A stretch of 62,926 nucleotides of DNA, counting the filler, from Reticulomyxa filosa (Eukaryota > Protista > Foraminifera), in NCBI GenBank assembly GCA_000512085.1. It is 7 parts of 7 records of this genome, joined end to end, with 100 filler letters (N's around TTAATTAATTAA, not from the genome) between each part and the next. Parts side by side here need not be neighbours in the genome. Positions count along the whole stretch, not along the records: positions 1 to 28,795 come from ASPP01002892.1; 6 more parts are not named here. One strand, written 5' to 3'. Below, in pieces: positions 13,901-26,780 of this stretch (positions are counted from its first letter, which is position 1; each line of letters starts with the position of its first letter). Both the position numbers and the translations under genes were made by a program. The notes below the pieces were generated by a model that worked only from the letters and a program-made list of their open reading frames with translations, was not told the origin of the DNA and searched no databases.

Positions 13901-14015
13901 CTATTTTACACCTGTTTAAATCTTCACTTGTTTCATATAGAACTATCCGGAATGGTATCCGTTTGATGCAAGTAACGCAAACACCTCGTTTCAATTTTTC
14001 TTATTTCTTGAATAA
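10969..14015 (+). CDS. Secreted GH38/GH57-fold glycoside hydrolase-like protein (DUF5054-like), multi-exon
   Basis: Signal-peptide-like start MWLFIEILSIISLATC; VHIVFMNHLDVGF (GH38-type HxD), IRWHAFPFN, SQRDVPG, GDNQGP, LPLLTEEIGDTWIHG, EHTWG, NKTSSRIPE and C-terminal LFNNIWGT/NYPEWYPF; stop TAA at 14013-14015. Confidence 0.75.
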
Positions 14016-15127
14016 TATATAGTCTTAAATACAAGACTTAATTGTTGTCGGATGTGTTTTTGTGGTGAAATTTTTTAAAATATTTGTGTTAACAATATCC
14101 ATATCTCCAAAATTTCCCATTAAATGATTAAAATTCATAAAAACTTGTTCTATATAAACGTGACCTATATCTAGTCAGTTTTTTCTGATTTTGTTCAAAA
14201 AGACTAAATAGTCGTCGATTATACTTATTCTCGTATTCCCACTTTAACAGTGTGCTCTGTTCAAAGAACTTATTGCTAAAGTAAGTGACAGCAAACTTGT
14301 AAAACACTAGTATTGTTCATTTCATGATATTATAATGTCTGCTGTATTTTAATATAAATAAAATGATTTGAAATATTTCTTACACAAATGACGTTTTAAA
14401 AAAATTATAAAAAGTGTGATAAATGTTCTTTTTTTTGGTATAACCTACATATTTATTTAACAAATTGTATGATTATTTACAATAAAAAAATCAACAATTC
14501 ATGAAAATGTGGCTTGTTTTATTTAATTTAGATTGATTTTTTCATTTAAAATAAAAAAAAAAAATTTTATATATTATATATACAGCAAATAACAATTTTT
14601 TTGTCATTGTTTTTCATTATCGAATACTTTAAAAAAATTAATAATTAAATAAAAATTAAGTATACATACTATTACATCAAACCTGCAAAACACTTTTTTT
14701 TAATAAACATAAAGATTCTTGTATCAAATTACAATATTTGAATCGCTTCTTTATGTGTTTGTTGCACAAAATGTATAAACTCATTTCATAGCAGATGAGA
14801 CAGTCCCAAAACGTCAACTATGTTGAATTATTTGAATACTTTGCAATTGTGAATACAATTCGACTAATTGCTTTGTCACAAATATAGAAACAAAATACAA
14901 AGAAAGCAATCGTTAAAGATTTTGCGTCCAGTTCTGTAGAAAATGTTATAAACAACAGCAAAAAATATGTATTGTGACAACGGGCTATGCTGTTTTTCTT
15001 TTTGAAGAAAGAGCGTAAACCAACAATATCTCCATATGTCAAAGAGAAAAGAAAAAGAAAAAAATAAAGATCAGTAAATTTGATACAAGTAGAAGCAGAT
15101 AGAGATACAAAGACAAGCGTCAAGTGA

Positions 15128-17662
15128 TCACTCATAATTATAAGCAAACTCTTGTTTAGCAAAAATAGTTGTGGGTTTGGAAGAAGGCTCAGAGCTGTTT
15201 TCATGACCAAGTTTGACGTTGGTCAAGTACTTTGAAGAATTGAAAAACTTGATTTGCTCCATATACAAATCGCTCATTTCTTTCTTTATAGCACCCTGTG
15301 GAAAGGCACAAAATGTAATTTTAAAACAACAAGTAATAGTATATAATAAATATATAGTAAATGTGTGAAGAAAAACGAAACGACAATCCATGGATGACGT
15401 AAGACTTGAGTGGCATTGATGCGTTGTTTAGGATCTTTGGTGAGCAAAGCTTTAATCAGATCTTTGGCGGAGGTAGAAATGAAATCCCAATAAGGACTTG
15501 GAAAATTAAATTTGGCCGATTGAATTAACTGATATAATCGTTTTTGATTTCCATTAGAATCAAAAAAAGGAGGGAACCCACACAGCAAAACATAAATGAT
15601 GACTCCCAACGACCACATATCGGCTTGTGTGTCATAAGGGGTCAGCGCCAGCACTTCGGGTGCGACATAGTGAGCAGTACCGCAAGGTGTTTTCAAACCA
15701 CCATTCGAGCAATCCCCAGCCAATCCAAAATCAATTATTTTGATTTCCGAATTATTTGACTGATCCAGGTACATTAAATTGTCAGGTTTCAAATCTCTGT
15801 GCACAATACCTTTGGAGTGGATATGTTCTAATCCTTCCGCTACTTGTTGAACCACGTGACTTGCCTCCCATTCACTGAATGTCTTGAGTTTCATTATTCG
15901 GTCTAACACGTCTCCACCATTGCAATATTCGACAACAATGTGAATTCTTTTCTTTGTTTCCACCCAATCGATGAGTCGAACCACGTTCTTGTGATTTAAC
16001 TGCAATTGCAAAAAAATTCTTATGCTACAAAGAACGGCCAAGGGGGAAGGAAGCAAGAGGTAAAAAAAACAGTTCAAAGCAAAACTTTTCGCAAAATTTC
16101 AATTTCTTTTTGCAATGCTTCCAAATCTTCTTTGGATTTTCCAGCCTTCTTAATGAGTTTTAAGGCAAACAATCTACGGTCGTGTTTTCTCGTAATTTTT
16201 CGAACTCGTGCAAAAGACCCTTCTCCAATCTTGCCTGCTTCAATCCAATACTTTTTATAAAATTCTGCTTCCGTTAATTCTCCTTCTTTGTTCGCCAATC
16301 CAATTTCCTTTTGTTTTATCTTCTCCTCGTGTAATCGTTTCGAGGAAGTTCGCATCTGGTTGACCGAGTCATCTAACGATGTCATTCGTCCTGTTTTTCG
16401 CTTGTTCAATCCCGTTTCGAATTGCCGAACGTACATACTCTCGTCTGACTCATATCCACTTACATATTCCGGTGGTGGGTGAGTTGGTGGAGGTGGAACA
16501 GCTCCCCTTTTTTTTTTGTTCATTCGTACACAGTCAAAGGATAAATACAACAACCAGCAAAAAAAAAAAAAACTTTAAAAAAAAAACGCATAAAAAGTTT
16601 GTAAAGTATACGTGTGGTTTGAATGCGCACTGTATGTCGTACATATTACAGATACATATATGTTGTAAACACGAAAATAGATTATATTCCGTTTGCGTAT
16701 GTATATGTGTGGTAAAAGACATGATTTTGAAACGAAACTTTTTGGACTGTTTTTGAATGGATTGTTTACCGGGATGTTGATGCCGCTGCTTTGAGATGGG
16801 CGGTGCCGCGTGATCATCTTGCTTTGATTCTGGCCTTTTTGGAGACGGATTGTGCTCGTATTCCATTTGTTTGTTGTCCAATTGGTCCATTTCAACAATG
16901 GTTGCAATTTCAATAACTATTGGCTTTGCCACCTGTAAAGGCTCGCTTGATGAATGCTTCAATTTCTCCGATCCAATTGACCTCTCTGAGTCCGTTTGTT
17001 TATTTTTCCTTGCAAACATATTTACTTCACCCTTTTCGTCCTTCTCATCTTTTTCAGTTGCCGTTGCACCTGTGGTGGTTGTGGCTGTGGCTGCGGCTAC
17101 GGCTGTTGATGTTCGAACGGTCGTGGTTTTTGCTGTGCTTGGTCTTTGGGATTGCGGCTGTGGCTGCGCTGGCAAAGGCGCTTTTTTGATTTGTGTGCTT
17201 CTATTCTTTGAATGAGCCATTTCCTTCTCTGTGCCATCACTTTTTTCTTCGTTCACACCGACCACATACAACCCTTCGGGTCGAGCTTGCTCGTTTTTTT
17301 CCTGTTTCTTTTTTTATTGTTGTTCCCTTGGCAAACAAAGTTTCCTTTTTACAAACAAAAAAAAAAATACACTCAACTCCTCACCCGTGTGGAGGAATCT
17401 AGGGAAGGGTTTTGCTTTTTCTGACCATCTTTCGTTTCGTTCAACAGCGCTAAATTTTTTTATTTTGCTCAACGTTATGTGTTGCAAATCCAAAAAAAAA
17501 CAATACCATACGTTCTCTCAAGGTATTTTGTGTATTGGTGTGAATCTCGTTTGTATTATTCGCTGGACGAGAGCGTTTCCACCAAAATACACAGCCGACA
17601 ACTGCCGCGACAGCGAAAATTACTGCGATTGTTATCAGCATTACTAACCACAGTTCAGCCAT
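15128..17662 (-). CDS. CaMK1-like Ser/Thr protein kinase, probably with an N-terminal transmembrane anchor
   Basis: IGEGSFARV, FALKLI, HRDLKPDN, DFG, TPCGTAHYVAPEV, DMWSLGVIIYVLLCGFPPF, WDFISTSAKDLI. The upstream exon 17450-17662 encodes LWLVMLITIAVIFAVAAVVGCVFWW followed by KRSR. Joining it to the kinase needs one assumed homopolymer correction near 17416. Confidence 0.85.
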
Positions 17663-18027
17663 CTTGTTTTTTTTTTACTTTCAAAATATCTTCAATTTGA
17701 TCAAATCGAAATAACCAAAAGAAATGCTGTCATGATGCCAAAGAGGATTTTTCCGTCTTTCAAACGACTTTCGTTTTCCGCTAAAAAGCAGAATACTTTT
17801 ACAAACTCATATGTCAAATTCTTAAAATTATGCAAGATTTGGCTAGTTATGCAATATTTTAGCAAAAAAAACGTCTTTTGCAAATAAATTTTTCTTTCTT
17901 CAGTAAAATTAAATAACCACCAATATTTCCTTTGAAAAAATGCCGCAACCAACTGTTTTCCTAGAATCTTAGGAATATTAAGGGGATCCTGAACAGAGGT
18001 TGAATAAAAAAAATCTACCTTATTGCA

Positions 18028-21000
18028 ATGGCCGCAGAAAATCAATCAAAAACACAAGACGGAACTAGAAAAAACTGTTCAAATCTCGAAGAAAGATTGT
18101 CTATCCTTGGGAGTAAAGTTTCAGGAGAGAATGATGAAGGAGGTCATGAGTTGCGATACCCTTTCGTGGACAGGGAATCAACAGTCAAGCTATCAGAAAG
18201 AAAGCCCCAAAAGCAAGAAAGTGTCAATGAAATCGAAAGGACAGTTAAAAAAAAAACGAGAGTTTTTTTTGGTATTTTTATGTCCCCTTCTGATGCTCAT
18301 TTGGCGAGTGAGACAGAGGGTTTAAAAAAAAAAAAGAGTGAGAGATTAGTCGCTTTTCCCTGTTTTCATCTTTCTTGTTCTGGGAGTCAGAGAGGAATCC
18401 AAAGGGGGGTTTAAAAAAAAAGCCTGAACCAGGGAGTGAGCCGCCAAACAAACTAAAAAAAGCGAAATCAGAGTTACAAATGCACGAGCAGCAAGGAGAA
18501 AGCAGTCCGAACAAGTCGTCGAAAGATGTGTTATCATCCAGTATTCTTTCAGGTTTTCTTCAAACAAAGCAACACCACTTGGAATTTTTTTTTATAAATA
18601 AATTGAACCAAAAAAAAAAAAAAAAGACGCGAAACCGCGTAAACTGAAAGCAGAAAGTTCGAGCTTGAGCGTGTTTAACGAAGCAGACAATGGCCATGTG
18701 TGCGATGTCAATGGCGAGCATAGCCAACATTGTGCACGAAAAGTGATGAAAAGAGACAGCGAGCACGAGAATAATAATAATAACGGCAATGGTAATAACA
18801 ATGGCAATGGTAATAACAATGGCAACGGTAATAACAATGGCGTTGAAAAGATGAAAGTCAAACATAGGAACAAAAAAATAATAAAAAGCAAAATTGATCA
18901 TTCGGAAGACAAAGGGGCTAAAAATCCGACAAAAGCGCGCAAGGATAGTTCTGGACATCGCAAAGCGAGACAGTCGCAAGAAAGTTCCCATTCGTCCTCG
19001 GTAAATGCCAAAGACAACGGCAGCAGATCGTTGATCCAAACGCTGTTCTCTTGGCAAAGTATTGTACTGATGGCACTGGTGTTTATTGGAGCATTCGTTT
19101 ATAATGGATTCCAACGCCAATCCAAAGCAAGGTCTGGCATATATCCTTCACCTTTCACGAAGAACAGATTACAATGTCCTCAACAAATACATTTCATCCC
19201 AATTTCACAAAAAGAGTTTTTCATCAATGCCTCAGGTTCCATTGGGAAAAAAAAAGAAATTGCATACACACATATACACACACACATACATACATCTCTC
19301 TTTCGCATTTCGTGTGTATAATTATGTCAACCAATTCAATGGCATTTTGTCTCAAAGGAGGAGGGGGAGGTGGAGGTGGAGGTGGAGGGAGAGAGGAAAA
19401 AATACACATGCACATCCTTGAGATAATCTAATATTCTATTACATATATGTATATGTATATATATATATATATGTCCATGCTTATACACACACTAGTGCAA
19501 TGCATGCAAATACGTAATATGTTTGTTGAATGTGTGCATGCATGCGAATGAAAATACAGACGCGGGACTGGACGAAAACACAAAGTTTTATTGGGACGTG
19601 TCCGAATTGTATATGGATGGTAACAACCAAGTGAGTGGAGAAATGACGCCGGTATTGAAGATTGAACCGTACAAGAAATTCAAAGTGACAAATGCCAAAG
19701 TAACGCTGTACATGGAAGCAGAACATCCAATGACCGGCGAAGCGATACTACAGAAATGCGACATTCAATTGAAGTTCGCCAAGGCCGTGGTTTTTGGAAT
19801 CGATTTAGGAACAACGTACTCATGCATCGGATATCAAGTTGATAATACTGACCATTACCATCCGACGCTTCAGAAGCGGATTAACAAAATTGTCGTAGCC
19901 GACCCTTTGGTACTAACAAACAAACCATTTCCATTACACAAAATAAATCAATACATTTGCAAGTCTATGCATATGTGTATACGTATACGTATATACATAT
20001 GTATGTATATATATTTATATACATATATACGTGTGTGTGTGTGACGAACAGAGACAACAGTATTGTATACCCACAGCGATCTATTTCCCAAAAAAAGCAG
20101 ATGCACCAATACTATTTGGGCAGGACGCTCTAAAGATGCTGTCCGTCGATCCCGAAAATGTGATCTACGACGTTAAGCGTATCGTTGGCCGTCGGATCAG
20201 CGACAATGAAATTCGACGATTTTTGACAAATCACCCTTTTCGGCTCACCAAAGATGAACTTCCACAAATCCGAATTGCCAATCGAAATACGACCATATCA
20301 GCGGAACAAGCATTGGCCGCTGTTTTGATTCACTTGGTGGAGTTAGCATCGATGGAGTTTCAGGTCCCCTACATCCGCGACGTTGTTGTGTCCATTCCTG
20401 CTTACTTTCACAATGGACAGAGAAAAGCAATTCGAGGTGCATGCTACTTGGCAGGTCAGCAGAAGAACAACTTATCTGTACATATATATATGTACATGTA
20501 CATGTTATGTGTGTATGCACATGCTCTTTTTTTTAAAAAAAAAAAAAATTACTAGGATTAAACCTATTGCATTTGGTCGCAGAGCCGACTGCGGCCGCAT
20601 TGGCACATTCTTACTTAAGCGCTACTCCAAAAGATAATTACAAGCAGTTTATGACGTTTGATTGCGGTGGAGGTACGACCGACTGCAGTATACTATCGTG
20701 TATGGGGATCAACTGCAAGTGTGTGTTTTCTCTTGTATTTCAAAATTGTGCCAATGTTTATATATGATGAGCGATGTAACAATGCAAAATAAAATAAAAC
20801 AATAACACAATAACACAATAAAATTGATGGGAATATTGCAATAAACAGAGTTTTGGGAACTGAAGGTAATAGCACTCTCGGCGGTATCGAGTTCGACGAT
20901 GTCATAAAAGACATAATTCGTGAAAAATTTCGGACAGAACACGGATGGAAAGACGAAGACTTTGGAATAGAGCTGAAGCTGCTGAAAATCGCAGAACGAG

Positions 21001-21998
21001 TGAAACACGCTCTCACAGAAAACGAGGCTGAGGAAGTAATGCTAAAGAATAAGGCGGGATTTTATTCGGTCACTGTCACTCGTCGAGAATTTGAAACGCA
21101 TCCACGCACATTACAATTGATTGACTTTGCCATAGAAACGGCCAAACGGGCCATTCGTCAAATGGCATCTGGTAATGTTCGAATGATGCTAATGGTGGGA
21201 GGGACGTCTCAATTGCCAATATTGCAAAGGAGACTTCGCGAAGAGTTTTCGAATCTTTCTCAAGAAATAAAGATCGAATTGCCACAAGAGCCCCAATTAA
21301 TGGTAGCACTGGGTGCAGCCATTGTTGCAGGGACATATGAATTCGGCTGTGAAAGTGATCCTATCGTTTGTGACGGCACTATCAATGATCTTGACGATGT
21401 TATCATTAGAGATGTTTTGCCTTTGTCTCTTGGATTTTCCATTTGTGATTGCTCTTCAAAGTTAACTTTTTTTTGTTGGTTCCTCAGTAGATAATGTAAT
21501 GCAATAAATATATATTGTGCATTACATACATTTATCAAATGAAATAACAACAACAAATACAGAAATTGCGATAACGACGACAAATTGTGGGAATGCGATT
21601 TAATGAATGTCATTGTTCCAAAAAATACTCCATATCCCTTCAAATCGGCACCCATTTTTTATTGTCAAAAAGATCGTGAGTCCTCCATTGTCAAGTTGAA
21701 ATTATACGAAGGTGATGATCGTCTTGCAACACAAAACTATTTCTTGGGCGTTTTAGAAGTTTCTGATCTTCCTCCACGTCCTTCAAATGTATGCAATTCC
21801 ATTCAAGTCCAATTTGTCATTGATAAAAATGGAATTGCTGATATCAATGTCACTATTAATGACGAAAATCAAATTGCTATCAATCAATTTCGCAAACAAG
21901 TATCTATTGAAACCAAAGACGGCTCATTGACTTCCGAACAAATTGCCCGACAAAAACGAGAAATGAAATCATGGTTCCCTCATACCAGCGTCTTTTGA
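18028..21998 (+). CDS. Atypical Hsp70-family protein with long low-complexity N-terminus, one TM segment and truncated lid
   Basis: GIDLGTTYS, VSIPAYF, VAEPTAAA, FDCGGGTTDCSIL, LGGIEFD, LMVGGTSQLP, linker IRDVLPLSLG and SBD-beta (LYEGDD, QFVIDKNG). A hydrophobic WQSIVLMALVFIGAFVY precedes the ATPase domain. The 5' start is less certain. Confidence 0.85.
18770..18841 (+). repeat. Coding (NGNGNN)n repeat, about 18-bp unit, in the Hsp70-like N-terminus
   Basis: aataacggcaatggtaataacaatggcaatggtaataac... translates as NNNNNGNGNNNGNGNNNGNGNNNG. Confidence 0.8.
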
Positions 21999-22728
21999 GT
22001 CATACCGACAAATCTCTCTCTGCTTGTTTTTTCTCTTTTCTTGTTTGTTGTTATTTATCAATGTTTGTTTCGGTATCCAAACATATAGTTGTCAGTGGTT
22101 TGGAGGGGAAAGTTGTTGAATTTGTTCTGTTTTTGTTTTTGAAATAGAAATTCTTGAGGGAGGGAAAAAAAAAAAATGTTTTGATCTTGTGTTTTTTCTT
22201 GGACGATTTTTGTTTGTCATTTTTTTCGCTTTTTCTTCATTATGTGAAAATGAACTTGCAGAAATGTGACCAAACAGAAAGGTCTAATTGCTGAAATTAT
22301 CAACATATTGTTGTCTTTATTCATCGTAAATCTGCAAATTTGTTTTTCTACAGTTTCTCTAATATTTGCGACACCACAATTCCGACGTCTTTGTAGTCAC
22401 AATCATCGTTTTTCTTTCTTTGTTGCTATTGTATCGATTTTTGGTATATTAAATCAATATCCACATTTCTAACAAGCAATTGACTGTTTTTTTAACAGAG
22501 TACTGATGTAATCAGCACTGCTTTACAATTTTTCATACATAATGACACAATGCTGTATGAACAATTTCAAAAGATGCACTTGCGTTCAGTATACTTCGAT
22601 TACAGAAGAAAGAGGCTGTATACAGTATATTGAGGATTTCATAATTGGTGGTCTTTCTAAAGGTTTTAATTGAGTTTTTTTTTTTGCTCCTCTTCATCAA
22701 TAAGAAAGTATTACAAGTCGCAAGAATT

Positions 22729-25484
22729 ATGTCATCCATTTCCAATAACAATAATGGATCTGGGCAAAAAATTTTGACATTTGAAAAAGACTTACGAGTG
22801 AACATTTTTTTTATTTATTTACTTTCTTTTAAGTAGAACCATTATCTCGGTATAAAAACAATCGTTTTTGTTGAAAATTTGGGCAACAACGTGAAAACTG
22901 CGTATAGCATGCCTTTACCCACTTGAGTAGGCGTTTGGAAAAAGGAGTGACGTTACTAGATGACCTGACAGCAATGTTGCGTATCCGAATCGACTCAGAA
23001 GCCGAGCTTACGAGAGGCTTACAAAAAAGTGTTGCATCGAATGAACTCTGACGCCGAAGAGACCGGGACTGTCAAAGACGCTTTGGACGCCATCAAGGCC
23101 GACATCAAAAATGAATACACTGCAAGGTAAATTCAGCCACTGTTTGACGCCGCTTTCTGAGTTCAAAATGCACATTTTTTTTGTATTAAAAAAAAGGAAC
23201 GAATATTTCAATGCATTGAGCGATGACGTGTATAAGCCATTGTTGCAATTGAAGGATCATTACGCACAAAATAACCGACGAGTTCTGAGCTATTTGCAAA
23301 AGAGAAAAAAAAAAAAGAAATGTAGGCTTGATGCAAAAAGGACAGAAAAAAAAAAAAATAGTTTGCTCAAAGTATAAAGCAAAATGTGAAATTGCTGCAC
23401 AGTGCCAAAACCAAGTGGCAAAAAACGAGAATCAAATATGAAAAAGGTTAAACTCAAACTAAACGGATGAACAGACAAATCAATAATCTTTTTTTTTTTT
23501 TTTACAAAAAAATAACGTGTTTACAGCTATTCAAGAAGCCACTGTTGCAAGCAATCAGCTATTCAATGCTCAAAACAGTGGTGTGACGTCCACACAAGTG
23601 CTCAAAGTTATTGCATATTTCTCCGTGTATAAAATATTACGTATACTCTATGTTTTAGAAAGAGGTTGGACACAAATAGACATTGAATACAATGTAAATA
23701 TGTGTACGGAAAAAAAAGATAGCGGCTAGATCCACGACGGCCACGCAAAGTCAACAACAGTGGAAAGAAAGGGATGACGAAGATCATGCAGATTGGTCTC
23801 GTGAGAATGCACGCTTCAATGAAGAATTGACAGTCATTCTGCAAGGCATGGAGGCCAATGAATTCTCAAGACTTCAAGCTGTTGGAGATTGTCTTCGCAA
23901 ATGGGCTGTGTTCACTACCAATGTTTGTGCTAATCGTAACTACGATATTCAATCTTTGGCACAAGTCATGTCTTTGGTCAAACCAGTTTTGATAACAACA
24001 TTTTTTTTTTTCCCTCCCTTCTTTCTTTCCAATATTTGTTGAGATGGTTCGTCTTTGCTGTGAATAAGGAACAAGATCTGCAAGCATTCATGGCTGAGAC
24101 ACTTGCCAAATTCCCACCAGTTCATTTTTGTTATTTGTTTGTCTTTGCTGTTGTTGTTATTAGGTCAAAGGATAGAGAGAGCAAAGAAAGTTTGTGATTT
24201 TGAAAATAATAATAATAATGTACACACACATATTGTGCATTGCGTATGTAAGTCAGTCATCAGAAAACATTAATTTGAATGTGGGTGAAGAAATGACTGC
24301 CGGCTATGACTTGGGGTCGTTCAGTCGACAGTCATTCAGCACGTCGCTGACAGCGGAAAGCAAAAGTGTGGACGGTCCGACTCTTGGCATCCATCACCTC
24401 TCTCACACCGACGTGGAAGGACACGCTGTCATCAAAACAAATCCCATTTCAAACAATAACAATCATCGATCCTCAATAACTCATTCTCTAACAGATCAAC
24501 CACAAGATAGCACAAACAGCATATCCAAACTATTCACTGGATTCAAGTTATCCAGACGGGTTCGATGATATGCTTTGCATTCTATTATGTTTTTTTATAA
24601 TTATTATTATTCGACTTTGTTGATGTGATTGAAATGGAATATTGTATAGATTTGTTTGTTTATTATTGTATGTGTGTGCTATTTGTTATTGTTAGACGTC
24701 TGAATCGTCAACAATGATCACTCACAAAATGGACGACTTGTCTTTGATTTCCAATGACAGCAATCACAGCAATAGCAATAGTACAGATAACATTGCATCA
24801 CAATTAACACAACCTGGCGTGAGTGCATTGAAAAATAAAAAAATGAAAAAGCCTCGTCGGTTGGTGTATGATCCGACTGGTGTTGTGAATGCTGAAAGGA
24901 ACGCGAGCGCGAGTGATCCTATCTCCAAGACTACGGCCGCAACCACAACAACTGGTACAAGTACAATCGCAACTATCACCACAGCCGATTCTGATTTACA
25001 CAGCTTTAGTAAATTGGTAGGACAGCCTAGACCTGCCGTGCCACCACCCAAACCTCCTCCTGTTTTGTCCCCAATACAAGATGCTCCTGAAAGCGAGGAA
25101 CGTGCTACCAGCACTCGTACCACCAATTTCACTTTTAATCTTAACGACCATGCTGATCCTGTCTGTCCTTCCACTACAAACTCTCAAGATCATCCCAATC
25201 CGATTTCACTTGTCAAAAATGACAGCATTTCTTTGCTTTTAGGTTTCGTGTGTTTCTTTCTTTGAGTGGATTAACAAATGTGAAATTAGTTGAAATTTGT
25301 TTTTTTTTTGGAATACGAATCAGAGGAAGAAGCACAAATTAGCACTCCAAGAAATATTGATCCTAGTGAAGAACAAAATCCAAGCACAACTCGAAATGTT
25401 GGAGTCCCAAGCGTCGCCAGTACACCCACATTATCTGGTGTGGACAGCCAATTTGAATGGGGTTCAAGGTCGCCACGTAGGTAA
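22729..25484 (+). CDS. F-BAR (FCH) domain protein with Ser/Thr/Pro-rich tail, multi-exon
   Basis: TFEKDL...LSRRLEKGVTLLDDLTAMLRIRIDSEAELTRGLQK then EETGTVKDALDAIK (FCH pattern; needs removal of one A in the run near 23023). LQGMEANEFSRL...VNKEQDLQAFM matches the F-BAR C-terminal helix, and the tail has PAVPPPKPPP. Confidence 0.75.
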
Positions 25485-26272
25485 TCACAACGATTAATAT
25501 GTATCTTTAATTTTTTTTTTCCTTGAGGATAATACTAATATTAAAATAAAAAATGCACACCATTTTGTGATCTGAATGGAGGTGATTTTCCTTTTGGCGG
25601 TTTTGAATTGTGTTAGTTTCTTTTTTGTGTGATCTGTGCTGTTTTTGTTTTTTTAAAAAAATAATTTCACACGTCTCTTGTGTTCTCTTGATAAAAAACT
25701 TATGGTATTAATTTCGCCCTCGTCACAGAAATCATTTGGATGTTGATCAACTTTCATGTATTTTTCGTTTATAATTTTTTGGCCTTTTTTTGCAAACTAC
25801 ACGAAGGGATTATATTCTATGAGGGAAAAATTTCTTTTTAATAAATTTGGGATAGTGACATCCGAAACTTTACTTAATGCAAACTTTTACATTTGATTTG
25901 TGCAAGATTTCTTTGACGAATTAAGCCATAACAATTGTGATTTTTAATAGTATTGCTATATGTCGATTGTACAATGATATATTAGTTGCTTTATCTGTTC
26001 CAAACTGGTGCTGGTTCTTGCGTCGAAAATAGATTAAAGATACACAAAAAATTTTACATTTGTAGGAACAGTGAGATAAGCAACTAGAATGTAACACGAA
26101 AATATAGCCCATCAAAGCTAGTTTCAATAAAACAAAATTAATTAAAAAAAATAAAAAAATAAAGTACATGATTGAAATTATTACAAAATATGCAAGCATA
26201 TATTAGTAATATATTGATAGAATAATATCAACTTATTATATTTTAAGTATCAAAATAACGCATATTGTGTAG

Positions 26273-26502
26273 AAGGCAAATATTATGCACATTCACAAGA
26301 TTGACAAGATATCACAGTCAGCAAAAATAATAGAACGATCGAATTGTTGTCAAGTGTTGGTAAATTGATGGACAGAAGCAGCTAAATGAAATTCATGTGG
26401 TGGTTAAATGATAATAAATTATTAAATCAAACACAAGCAGGATTCCAATATTGTCATAATACATATGAGTTATTATTGAAATTGAATGAAACAATTCACA
26501 AG
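26273..26502 (+). mobile_element. Degenerate non-LTR retrotransposon reverse transcriptase fragment
   Basis: Frameshifted segments KANIMHIHK, SKNNRTIELLSSVGKLMDR and FMWWLNDNKLLNQTQAGFQYCHNTYELLLKL match the non-LTR RT pattern KxAxIxPIxK...NYRPISLLSxxGKLxER...QAGFR. Confidence 0.75.
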
Positions 26503-26780
26503 CAATCATATAGATCAAGAAAAAGTACATGATATCATAAATATGGAAGATTATCAATGAACGAGTTATATCATTTGGTGATGAAACAATCATTAGGCCA
26601 TTTATGAAAATTCTATACTATTTATTTCACCATTATGGTCTTTTAAAACATTTAATATTTGAAAATATTTAGCCAATTTATAATGTGAAAATGGAAAAAA
26701 TTGTTAAAAAAAATTTAAAGCAATGACAATGAAATCCACAGAAATCAAACAAATTACTTTTACAAAAAAATTTTAAAAAA

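Noticed and set aside
14700-15120. Hydrophobic ORF 14818-15210 downstream of the kinase
   Set aside because: No recognisable motif; it overlaps the kinase last exon in another frame and is probably AT-rich UTR.
19357-19392. GGA/GGT run reading as poly-Gly or poly-Pro, possible G-quadruplex
   Set aside because: It appears to lie within an Hsp70 intron, is a single short microsatellite, and has no supporting evidence of function.
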